A stretch of 64,000 nucleotides of DNA. Source: a virus (taxonomy: Duplodnaviria > Heunggongvirae > Uroviricota > Caudoviricetes). The notes under the pieces are model-generated. The model was not told the DNA's origin, did not search any database, and was given only the letters and a program-made list of their open reading frames with translations. This document shows positions 19,541 through 28,643 of this stretch, in pieces (the stretch's first letter is position 1; every line of letters begins with the position of its first letter). The stretch lies in IMG/VR virus record IMGVR_UViG_3300030294_000003; one strand, written 5' to 3'. A program made the translations under genes and the position numbers.

Positions 19541-20368
19541 ATGGTATTAGATTTAACGAACGGGATCTGCGAGAATTTGCAGTATAAGGCTTGGAAATTT
19601 CCAGGAGGTGAAATTCATTTTCAATTAAAAATTAGAATTATTGAAGATATAACAATAAAAGCGAATTTAAAATCTTCAGATGATATTATGTTTCTATTAT
19701 TGGTTGTTGATACAATTAAAAAAGATAATAATCGTGTTAAAATAAATTTGTTTATTCCATATATGGCATATCAACAAGCGGATAGAAATTTTGGTGTTGG
19801 CGAATGTTTCAGCCTGAAAACTGTTTGTAACTTAATTAATTCGATGGAATTAAATAAAGTGTATGTCTTCGATCCTCATTCGGAGGTTACTCCAGCATTA
19901 TTAAATAATTGTGAGGTGATTGATAATTCGGAATTCGTTGAGAATGTTTTAGATTATATTTTAAACAAGAATGACATTGCTGAACAAGATATGATCATTC
20001 TCGCAACCGATGCTGGTTCTTACAAAAAAATATTTAAATTATGTAAGAAAATTAATTTTCAAGGACAAATTGAGTCGTGTTCAAAATCCAGAGATAATGG
20101 TGAAATTACAACAAAAGTTCCTGTATTTGATGAAAATAAAACTGTTTTGATTTTAGATGATATTGCTTTGGGTGGCCGAACATTTTTGAAAATAAAAACA
20201 CAGATTAAAAACAAGTGTTATCTAGCAATTTCTCACGGAGTTTTAAATAACGGTGGTTTTAGTGATCCAGTTGAAGACTTATTAAAAGAATTTGAAATGA
20301 TATTTACAACTGACAGCAGATGTAATATTGAAAATGAACGAGTAAAAATATTTAATTTAAAACTATGA
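19541..20368 (+). CDS. prs: Ribose-phosphate pyrophosphokinase-like protein (ADPR-PP synthetase, Adps/NARP1 candidate)
   Basis: FPGGE, PYMAYQQADR, FDPHS, VLILDDIALGGRTF PRT motif. Confidence 0.88.
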   Translation: MVLDLTNGICENLQYKAWKFPGGEIHFQLKIRIIEDITIKANLKSSDDIMFLLLVVDTIKKDNNRVKINLFIPYMAYQQADRNFGVGECFSLKTVCNLINSMELNKVYVFDPHSEVTPALLNNCEVIDNSEFVENVLDYILNKNDIAEQDMIILATDAGSYKKIFKLCKKINFQGQIESCSKSRDNGEITTKVPVFDENKTVLILDDIALGGRTFLKIKTQIKNKCYLAISHGVLNNGGFSDPVEDLLKEFEMIFTTDSRCNIENERVKIFNLKL

Positions 20369-21321
20369 AAGAAGCAATATTTATGCTTGGATTGCCAGGA
20401 AGTGGGAAAACTAAACTTATAGAATCCAAACTTTCAGTTGTTAACAGCTGTTCACTAGGTAAAATTTTTATTTTGCAAGAAAACCAATATGTATTGGTTT
20501 CAGCAGATGAAATTAGATTAAATCATCCAGACTATGACCCAGAACACCCAGAGTTAATTCATGAAGAATGTGTGAAATTGGCAAAAGAAAAGGTGTTTGA
20601 AGTTGCTGAAAGAGGATTCAATTTGGTTATGGATGGTGGTGGTATTAATAATAACTATACTGTTAATATCATTGCTGAATTAAAAAAGTTAGATTATCAT
20701 ATCAAGGTTGTTTTTATCAATACACCAGTTGAAGTATGTATTGAAAGAAACCAATATAGGTATGAATATGGTGAACGTTTTGTAAAAGCCGATGCTATCA
20801 TTGATAAGGCATATAAACTACAAGTATCTGTTGTGAAATTAAAACTGTTAGCGGATGAGTTTGAACAGGTTGACTACTTCACTGACAGTCATATATTTGT
20901 GGATTTGGACGGAACCCTTGCTGAATATCAGAATTTACAAGCTGATACATATGGTAATATTGACTTCGTTCAATATTCGGTTTTCCTGAAAGGGAAACCA
21001 GTAAAAGAAGTTATTGAAAAAATTAAAAAACTATCTGATAGCGGTAAAGAAATTTATGTTGTCAGCGCTTCCCCAAATAGTATTGCTAATAACGAAAAAA
21101 TGGAATGGCTTTATTGGAATGCAAATTTTATCAAAATGGAAAACATATACTTTGTTGGAAACCGTAAGTACAAACACGTATTTCTACAACAGCTAATTAA
21201 AAAACTTAAGTTAAATGTATGTGATTGTATGGTTGTTGATGATGACCACCAAGTGCTTGAAAAATATAAATCAATCGGCGTGAACTCAGTTCACCCAAGT
21301 AAATTATTATCTAATTATTAA
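20365..21321 (+). CDS. AAA_33 kinase - HAD phosphatase fusion (polynucleotide kinase/phosphatase-like)
   Basis: GLPGSGKT, SADEIR, N-terminal kinase; FVDLDGTL, VVSAS, VVDDD HAD motifs. Confidence 0.8.
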   Translation: MKEAIFMLGLPGSGKTKLIESKLSVVNSCSLGKIFILQENQYVLVSADEIRLNHPDYDPEHPELIHEECVKLAKEKVFEVAERGFNLVMDGGGINNNYTVNIIAELKKLDYHIKVVFINTPVEVCIERNQYRYEYGERFVKADAIIDKAYKLQVSVVKLKLLADEFEQVDYFTDSHIFVDLDGTLAEYQNLQADTYGNIDFVQYSVFLKGKPVKEVIEKIKKLSDSGKEIYVVSASPNSIANNEKMEWLYWNANFIKMENIYFVGNRKYKHVFLQQLIKKLKLNVCDCMVVDDDHQVLEKYKSIGVNSVHPSKLLSNY

Positions 21322-21349
21322 ATTAAAATTATAAAAAAACTAAAATAAA

Positions 21350-23017
21350 ATGACAAAATTAATTCAAAATCCTCTTCTAATGGAAGATGGATACAAGACT
21401 TCTCATGTAAAAATGTACACCGAAGGTACCAGTTTAGTATATTCTAACTATACTACCAGAAATGTAGCCAGAATGCCAGATCAGGCAAAGAAAATAGTTG
21501 TATTCGGTATTCAATATACGATCCAATATATTAAAGACTTATATGACAACAATTTTTTTGGACAACCAAAAGAAAAAGTAATTGGTGAGGCTAAAGAATT
21601 TTTATCACAATATCTTAGTACTGATTTTGATGTTACACATTTTGAAAAATTATATGATTTAGGCTATTTACCAATCAGGGTTAAAGCTTTACCAGAAGGT
21701 ACTATAATTGGAGAAAATATCCCAATGCTAACAATATGTAATACTCACCCTGATTTCTTTTGGCTAACTAATTTTCTTGAGACCTTAGTTTCTAGTTTAA
21801 TTTGGAAAACTATACACTCTGCATCTATGGCTTATGCTTATAAACAAATTTTACTAAAAAATGCTGAAGAAACTGATAAAGAAAATTTATTTGGAGTAAA
21901 CTTTCAAGCCCACGATTTCAGTTTTCGCGGAATGCAACATCCTGAAGCTGCAATTAGTTCAAGTATGGGATTTTTAACCTCATTTTGGGGAACTGATACT
22001 ATTCCAGCATTACAATCGGTAGCTTATTATTATGGTGATAGGAATATTGGATTCAGTATACCAGCCTCTGAACATAGCTGTATGACATCCTATGGAAAAG
22101 AAAATGAGATAGATGGGTTTAAAAGGCTTATCAAAATATTCCCAACTGGATTATTATCTGTAGTATCAGACCAATATGATCTTTGGCAAGTTGTGACAAA
22201 ATTTTTACCAGAATTAAAAGAATCAATTCTTGCTCGTGATGGTAAGTTAATTATCCGCCCTGATTCGGGGAATCCAGTGGATATTATCTGTGGAAACGCA
22301 TACCAAGTAGATTTTAAATCATCTGATTTAGTTATTGATTCAGAAGCACATAAAGAAGTTTACACTTTAATGAATATTCATGAGAATAAAGATGGGGCTA
22401 AATTTATTGTTACATCTGATAAAGTGTATTTTGAACTTACACCAAAAGGATTTGGATATCTTGATTGTACATGGAACCAAATAGAACCAATATCTGAGAA
22501 TAAAGGGTTAGTTGAATTACTTTGGGATATATTTGGAGGTAATATAAATGATCAAGGTTTTAAAGTTCTTTCAAAATTTATCGGGTGCGTTTACGGAGAT
22601 GCCATTACACTGGACAGGGCAGAACAAATATGTAAGAGACTAAAAGAAAAAGGCTTTGCGACTACTAATATAACGCTTGGAACTGGATCATTTTCAATGG
22701 GTTACTGTACACGCGATAATCAAGGAGGGGCTGTAAAATCCACATTTATCGAAATCGAAAAAATAAATGATTTAACAAATGAGATTGAAACAATTGGAGT
22801 TAATATATTTAAAGATCCAGTTACAGACCGTGGGCTAAAAAAGTCAGCTAAAGGTTTACTTCAAGTTTATAAAGATTCTGATGGGTCATATAAGTTGAAA
22901 AATGAATGTACGTGGGAAGAGGAAGGACAAGGCGAATTAAAACTCATCTTTGAAAATGGAGAGTTTATCTCAAGGACAACTTTAACAGAAATTCGGGAAA
23001 AGATAAATAAAGCGTAA
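21350..23017 (+). CDS. nadV: Nicotinamide phosphoribosyltransferase-like protein (Namat/NARP1 candidate)
   Basis: DGYKTSH, HDFSFRG, PASEHS, SVVSDQYD, IRPDSGNP, YGDAIT, KSAKG. Confidence 0.92.
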   Translation: MTKLIQNPLLMEDGYKTSHVKMYTEGTSLVYSNYTTRNVARMPDQAKKIVVFGIQYTIQYIKDLYDNNFFGQPKEKVIGEAKEFLSQYLSTDFDVTHFEKLYDLGYLPIRVKALPEGTIIGENIPMLTICNTHPDFFWLTNFLETLVSSLIWKTIHSASMAYAYKQILLKNAEETDKENLFGVNFQAHDFSFRGMQHPEAAISSSMGFLTSFWGTDTIPALQSVAYYYGDRNIGFSIPASEHSCMTSYGKENEIDGFKRLIKIFPTGLLSVVSDQYDLWQVVTKFLPELKESILARDGKLIIRPDSGNPVDIICGNAYQVDFKSSDLVIDSEAHKEVYTLMNIHENKDGAKFIVTSDKVYFELTPKGFGYLDCTWNQIEPISENKGLVELLWDIFGGNINDQGFKVLSKFIGCVYGDAITLDRAEQICKRLKEKGFATTNITLGTGSFSMGYCTRDNQGGAVKSTFIEIEKINDLTNEIETIGVNIFKDPVTDRGLKKSAKGLLQVYKDSDGSYKLKNECTWEEEGQGELKLIFENGEFISRTTLTEIREKINKA

Positions 23018-23036
23018 CTATAAATAAAAATAATGG

Positions 23037-23070
23037 GAGAGTTTATCTTAACTGGTAAACTCTTTTTTTT
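23037..23070 (+). terminator. Intrinsic terminator
   Basis: AGAGTTTATC/GGTAAACTCT stem followed by T run. Confidence 0.75.
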
Positions 23071-23152
23071 ATTAAAATAATTCAGGAAAATATGATATTT
23101 TATTAATATTTTATGTATTTATATTAAAATAATCGTACCAACAAAAACAAAT

Positions 23153-23302
23153 ATGGATAAACAATTAAAAAACACACACTTCGTGATCAGAACAAGTGTT
23201 GACTTTAAAGAGAAGTATAAAAACTTTTGTGATGATAATGGGTATACATTATCTAAGAGAATAATAAGTTTGATGAAAAACGATTTAAATGCCCAGAAGT
23301 AA
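23153..23302 (+). CDS. Small ribbon-helix-helix protein, not in ORF track
   Basis: MDKQLKNTHFVIRTSVDFKEKYKNFCDDNGYTLSKRIISLMKNDLNAQK; TATTTATA at 23116-23123. Confidence 0.75.
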   Translation: MDKQLKNTHFVIRTSVDFKEKYKNFCDDNGYTLSKRIISLMKNDLNAQK

Positions 23303-24764
23303 TAATATAGAAATTAGAAAAGCAACGTTTATTAAGAATGCAAATTTAAAATATGATAATAAATTTGACTATTCTTTGGTTAATTTTAAAACAGCTAAAA
23401 TTCCAGTAGATATTATCTGTCCAGATCATGGAATTTTTACCCAAACGCCAACTCATCATTTAAGATATATCTTTGGATGCCCAAAATGTGCTATTGATGA
23501 TAAAAATAAAAAATCAAGAATTATTGAAAAAGATATTTTTATTAATAATGCAAATTTAAAACATAATAATAAGTTTGACTATTCCTTGGTTGACTATCAA
23601 CACTACAAAACAAAAGTAAAAATTATATGTCCAGAACATGGAGTATTTGAGCAATCACCAACAAATCATTTAAACGCCGAGTATCCGTGTCCATCGTGTT
23701 ATGCTTTTTCATTTAAAGAAATTCATAAAGAAACAGATCATAAAAATGAAACAGAAAAACAAAAATTTATAGAAAATGCAGTTAAAAAACATGGTAATAA
23801 ATTTGATTATTCTTTAGTAGAATATATATCAGCAAAAATACATGTTGATATAATTTGCCCAGAACACGGAGTATTTTCACAATCACCAGATAAACATTTA
23901 AATAGTAAATATGGTTGTATGGAATGCTGGAGTGAAAATAGATCTTCAGCTTATAAATCGATCAAAAATAGAAAACCTAAACCACCTGTAAGCTTTGATG
24001 ATTTAAAAAAAAGGGTTTTTGATAAACATGGGGATAGATTAACATTAAAGTTAATAGGAGAATGGCATGGACTTACTAAAACCAATATTTTGGCTTATTG
24101 TCCAGAACATGGTAATTTTGAGACTATTGCCAGAAATTTAATTTTATTAAATAATACCTGTGGATGCCCCAAATGCGGTAAGGAAAGTTCGGCAAAAAAT
24201 AGAACAAAATCTTATGCTAATGCTATAGAACAAATTAAAATCGTACATGGGGATAAATATACATATCCAATAGAAAACGAAAAAATTTATAAAAATAAAA
24301 AAAGTAAAATTAAAATATGTTGTCCTGAGCACGGGATATTTACAAAATCAGCTCAAAAACATTTATCGGGACAAGGGTGTATTGAATGTGGAATTGAACA
24401 ATTGATTAAAGATAATAAATTAGTTGGGGGTTATAACTCAACAATATTTATTGAAAATCCCAAAATTGGGGAAAAACCTGCTATATTGTATTATTTAAAA
24501 ATTAATGATGGTAAATATTATAAAATTGGAATAACATCAAGAAAATTAAATATAAGAATGGGAGCATTAAAATCAAAATCAAATGGGGAAATAAATAAAA
24601 TTGAAGCTATTTGGGTATATAATGATACGTTATTGAATTGTTATAATAAAGAACAATTTATATTAGTTGAGAATTCTGAATATAGAATGGGTAGACGTTG
24701 GAGCACTGAATTATTTTCTAAGGATATATTACCAATTAACCCATATGAATCAATAATAACATAA
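23289..24764 (+). CDS. CPxHG-repeat endonuclease with C-terminal GIY-YIG-like domain
   Basis: Five CPxHG...CxxC repeats; tail LYYLKI...YYKIGITSR...R...E. Confidence 0.75.
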   Translation: MPRSNNIEIRKATFIKNANLKYDNKFDYSLVNFKTAKIPVDIICPDHGIFTQTPTHHLRYIFGCPKCAIDDKNKKSRIIEKDIFINNANLKHNNKFDYSLVDYQHYKTKVKIICPEHGVFEQSPTNHLNAEYPCPSCYAFSFKEIHKETDHKNETEKQKFIENAVKKHGNKFDYSLVEYISAKIHVDIICPEHGVFSQSPDKHLNSKYGCMECWSENRSSAYKSIKNRKPKPPVSFDDLKKRVFDKHGDRLTLKLIGEWHGLTKTNILAYCPEHGNFETIARNLILLNNTCGCPKCGKESSAKNRTKSYANAIEQIKIVHGDKYTYPIENEKIYKNKKSKIKICCPEHGIFTKSAQKHLSGQGCIECGIEQLIKDNKLVGGYNSTIFIENPKIGEKPAILYYLKINDGKYYKIGITSRKLNIRMGALKSKSNGEINKIEAIWVYNDTLLNCYNKEQFILVENSEYRMGRRWSTELFSKDILPINPYESIIT

Positions 24765-24881
24765 CATAAGTTAATTTATTTGTCGAAATTAAAAATTTCC
24801 ACTACATTTGCAAAAGATACCCTAAAAAGGTATCTTTTTCTATTTCATGACTATTTATATAAACATATACCAATCATTATT

Positions 24882-25979
24882 ATGACAAAAGAAGAAATAG
24901 TTGACTACTTATATTCGATTTTTAATTCAAAGAAGAATGGAGTTCACCAGGTCTATATTGAAAAAATGATTTCAAAGGCTATATCGCTCATTGCGGAGTT
25001 AAATGACGTAGATGATAAGGATGTATTAAAAAGTCTCAAAATAGGGCAGCAAATAGAGCGTGAGCATACGTTAGAGGACACTCAGTTCCAGAAAATAATT
25101 GCATTACAACATTTAATAGAAAACTTGGATTATTATACAGCTTCGAAACCAAAAAATTGGGCGCAAAAGGAACTTGATGGTGAAAAATCGGAGGGTTTAA
25201 CTGAAATGAAAGAAAATTTTAATAAATTTAGTGGGTTGTTAACTATAAATGAATCTCGGTTCGAATCGGATAACGAGGAAGCACAACAGTATATTGATAT
25301 TATTTCAATAGATCCAAATAATGAAAGATATGGAAAATATAAACAAGTATTAAAAGATAAATTTGGTATAGATTACGATTCGGTTGATTTGGACCAGTCA
25401 TTTATAGATAATGCAAGTTTAGAAAATATTAAAGAGAAGAATGATTTTATGAGCTTTGATAATTATGTTAAATATGCCTATAGAATATTCCAATTAAGAG
25501 AATTTCCAGCTATGAAACTTTCTGGTAAAATTGCAAGTGTTGAGGATGTTGAATACCTATCAAAAATTTTTGATTTTAAAGTTGAGAGAAGGGAATATGA
25601 TGGCGGCCCAGGTAATTTTGCTGATTACGTTGCTGGCATTATAACAGTACCTAATATAATCGATCTTGATACATTAATACATGAGATTGGCCACCATTTT
25701 GATCACAGAATCTCAGGTGAATACGAGGGTTATGCAAAAACAATCACTTACGCCAGTAGCTCCTATTATATTGGTAAACATAGTGAGGTGTTTGCCGAAA
25801 ATTTTATGCATTATTTCGCAGTCCCAAGTATATTGAAGGAATATTTACCAATGGTATACTCCGAACTTGATAATAGGATTTCATCTAATTACAAAGATGT
25901 CCTAAATAAATTGATTTTTGGGACGAATGACCAAATGACTGAAATTAAGAAACAATTTAAAAATAAACTAATAAGATGA
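24882..25979 (+). CDS. DUF5661-like domain fused to HExxH zincin-like domain; probable late/virion protein
   Basis: GQQIEREHT...IALQHLIENLDYY; LIHEIGHHFDH and EVFAENF; TATTTATA at 24852-24859 suggests start at ATG 24882. Confidence 0.65.
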   Translation: MTKEEIVDYLYSIFNSKKNGVHQVYIEKMISKAISLIAELNDVDDKDVLKSLKIGQQIEREHTLEDTQFQKIIALQHLIENLDYYTASKPKNWAQKELDGEKSEGLTEMKENFNKFSGLLTINESRFESDNEEAQQYIDIISIDPNNERYGKYKQVLKDKFGIDYDSVDLDQSFIDNASLENIKEKNDFMSFDNYVKYAYRIFQLREFPAMKLSGKIASVEDVEYLSKIFDFKVERREYDGGPGNFADYVAGIITVPNIIDLDTLIHEIGHHFDHRISGEYEGYAKTITYASSSYYIGKHSEVFAENFMHYFAVPSILKEYLPMVYSELDNRISSNYKDVLNKLIFGTNDQMTEIKKQFKNKLIR

Positions 25980-27400
25980 GTATTAAAAAAGTTTTAACCG
26001 AAGGAACACTTGAACAAGAAGTCTTGGATTTCCTAAAAAATCTTATAGCTGGAACCGAATACGATAATAATATCTATTTGGCGGGCGGGGCAGTGAGAGA
26101 TGAGTTGATGGGAAAGGCAGCTAAAGATCTTGACTTTGTAGTTAACGGAGATATCAATGCTGGTATTAACTTTTCATTTTGGCTTGCTAACAAGTTGGGC
26201 AATTATAAAGAGGACTCAAATCCTGTTATTTATCCACGTTTTGGAACTTCAAAATTATCTTTAAATAACAATGTATTCAATTTACCAAATATTGATTTAG
26301 AATTTGTTGCTCCAAGGGCTGAAGCATATAATAATATTAACTCAAGAAAACCAGATGTGGTAGGTGGTGATTTAAAGGTGGATGTTTCTCGTCGTGATCT
26401 GACAATCAACTCTTTACTAAAAAATGTTTCAACAAATGAAATACTTGATTTAACTGGTTATGGTATCGATGATATTAAAAATGGTATCATCCGAACAACA
26501 TCAAATGCAGATGAAATATTTAAACAGGATGGGTTAAGAATGCTTCGCGCAGTTCGGTTTACAGTTAAATATAATTTCAAGTTGGATTTAGATACTATTC
26601 GTGTAATGAGAAACAATGCATATTTGTTAAATAATATTTCAAATGAACGTATTTCTGACGAATTAAATAAAATATTATTATTTGATAATCCAGCTAAAGG
26701 TATTCGGTTATTGAAAGTTACTGGGCTATTACCTTATATTGTTGAAGAGTTAATCCCTACTATTGGGATGAAACAAAATAAATATCATATTAATGATGTA
26801 TTCGGACATACTATGTCTGTACTGGATAATACTCCTCCTGTTTTGGAAACAAGGTTAATGGCTTTATTTCATGATATTGGTAAGGTTATTACTAAAACGA
26901 TAGACGAAAATGGTGAAGTTCATTTCTTGGGGCATGAGAAAGAAAGTGAAGTATTAGTGCGATCTATAATGAGTCGTTTAAAATATTCTAATGATATAAT
27001 CGATATAGTTGCTTGCGGAGTTAAAAATCATATGTATTTAAAACAAGGCGGTGATGACGGAAATAAATTATTAGATAAAACATTACGAAAGTTTAAAGCT
27101 ACTGTTGGTGATAATATCGAACAGGTTTTGGACTTGATTCACGCCGATAATATATCGCATACAGCTGAAGCATCAATGCCTAATCAAATAGGTATTCTTA
27201 GAGAGAGAATTGATAATTTATCTTCTAAAATAAATAATTCAAATAGAAACTTACCAATTAATGGGAGTGACCTAATTGGATTAGGTGTTAAGCCATCACC
27301 TTTTATGGGTGAACTATTAGATGTTATTCAAGATGCCTGGTATGAAAATCCAGATTTAACAAAAGATGAAGCATTGGAATTAATAAATAAATACCTATAA
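25976..27400 (+). CDS. cca: CCA tRNA nucleotidyltransferase with HD domain
   Basis: AGGAVRD, KDLDF, RRDLTINSL, DGLRMLRAVRF, ERI..EL.K, LFHDIGK. Confidence 0.92.
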   Translation: MSIKKVLTEGTLEQEVLDFLKNLIAGTEYDNNIYLAGGAVRDELMGKAAKDLDFVVNGDINAGINFSFWLANKLGNYKEDSNPVIYPRFGTSKLSLNNNVFNLPNIDLEFVAPRAEAYNNINSRKPDVVGGDLKVDVSRRDLTINSLLKNVSTNEILDLTGYGIDDIKNGIIRTTSNADEIFKQDGLRMLRAVRFTVKYNFKLDLDTIRVMRNNAYLLNNISNERISDELNKILLFDNPAKGIRLLKVTGLLPYIVEELIPTIGMKQNKYHINDVFGHTMSVLDNTPPVLETRLMALFHDIGKVITKTIDENGEVHFLGHEKESEVLVRSIMSRLKYSNDIIDIVACGVKNHMYLKQGGDDGNKLLDKTLRKFKATVGDNIEQVLDLIHADNISHTAEASMPNQIGILRERIDNLSSKINNSNRNLPINGSDLIGLGVKPSPFMGELLDVIQDAWYENPDLTKDEALELINKYL

Positions 27401-27410
27401 TATCATAGTT

Positions 27411-27571
27411 TTTGCACCATTATCACAGCATATGATAACAATGCAAATATGTTGATAATAACATTGGTTTAACCCAACATTAACACCAAAAATCATATTT
27501 AACGTTGGGTTTTACCAACAATAATAAAAAAATAAATGGCTACCGAAAATTTTATATTTCAGTAGCCATTT
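27411..27571. repeat. Cluster of three hairpins at the strand-convergence point; the last is a bidirectional terminator
   Basis: TTTGCA..TTATCA/TGATAA..TGCAAA; TTGGT..AACCCAAC.TTAA/TTAA.GTTGGGTT..ACCAA; AAATGGCTAC/GTAGCCATTT flanked by A and T runs. Confidence 0.7.
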
Positions 27572-27613
27572 TTTAATTTATTTAAACCTTGTAATTGATA
27601 ATATATATTTTAT

Positions 27614-28486
27614 TTATTTTTTAGATCCACAGGATGGACAAAAGCGTTCTTTTGTTTTAAAGCGTCGACCACACCCAGAACAAAAAAGAACCAAATCTTC
27701 GGCTACCACCAATTTCCTTGATTCTGGTAATAGTTTCCACTCACTACTCCAAGTATGAAACATCTCAAATTTGGTATCGACAGTGTTAAATCTCTGGTCA
27801 GAATCAGAACCTTCTCCAACCCTCCCAGTTTCAATTGATTTTTTAGAATGTAATGAATTGGTTGATTGGCCACCCGTTGATGAATTAAAAATTAAATTAC
27901 CTGATACGGTTAACGTACCGTTAGGTTCTTGACATCCCATTTCCACATTATATCCTGTTGAATTATAATAACAACTGGCACTTGTTGTTATCGCACTGCC
28001 AAATAAAGGATTAAAATTTGTCAATTTTGAGCCATCAAGCCAAGTAATATTATCTTCTATGTGCGGACCACCATATATTATTCTTTCTGGAATTTCGAAA
28101 GAACCCCAAGAAATATTTGGTGCGAAAATAGATTCTTTATAGAATTTAACCCTTACCAATCCATTCTTTTCTATTGCTTTAATAACTTCGTTGTTTTCAC
28201 CTTCTACCCCATAGGTTTCAAATAAAAACTTTTTAGGTTCATTTATATACCTTTCAAGAAAAACTCGCTCTGCTGGCCTTAAAATGATTCCAGAGCCTAT
28301 TGAAACCCCATTTAGTTCAATCGTGGCGAGAACTTTGAATTGTGTTGGATTAAACAACTCAATTTCGAAATTGTTTTTATTCTTCAGGTAAACAACATTA
28401 TTAACATATTGTTTAATCCGCTGCTTATTTGCTGCAATATATGCGACTGGACAAGCATTACCCATTGTTTTGGAATTTGTAATCAT
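27614..28486 (-). CDS. Conserved jumbo-phage hypothetical protein with C-terminal zinc ribbon
   Basis: FEIELFNP...LNG...G.ILRP.ERVFLER; low-complexity middle; CSGC..CPSC. Confidence 0.75.
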   Translation of the reverse strand: MITNSKTMGNACPVAYIAANKQRIKQYVNNVVYLKNKNNFEIELFNPTQFKVLATIELNGVSIGSGIILRPAERVFLERYINEPKKFLFETYGVEGENNEVIKAIEKNGLVRVKFYKESIFAPNISWGSFEIPERIIYGGPHIEDNITWLDGSKLTNFNPLFGSAITTSASCYYNSTGYNVEMGCQEPNGTLTVSGNLIFNSSTGGQSTNSLHSKKSIETGRVGEGSDSDQRFNTVDTKFEMFHTWSSEWKLLPESRKLVVAEDLVLFCSGCGRRFKTKERFCPSCGSKK

Positions 28487-28516
28487 TTTCCTTATTATTT
28501 TTATTTATTATTTTAT

Positions 28517-28590
28517 TTGAAAAACTAATTGTTGGATTATCACCCCAACTTAACGCACCAAAATTAATATTTTATACGTTAGCTTTTCAA
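28517..28590 (-). ncRNA. Candidate structured 5' leader (three-way junction)
   Basis: 12-bp P1 TTGAAAAGCTAA/TTAGTTTTTCAA enclosing two hairpins, between the TATTTATA motif (28619-28626) and ATG 28486. Confidence 0.45.
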
Positions 28591-28643
28591 TCACAAGGTT
28601 TCAATTTTATTATTCTATTATAAATAGCGAAAATTTTTATTTT

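Noticed and set aside
22290-22500. Intein or group I intron in Nampt or other core genes
   Set aside because: No Cys/Ser start with His-Asn end, no frame break and no LAGLIDADG motif seen.
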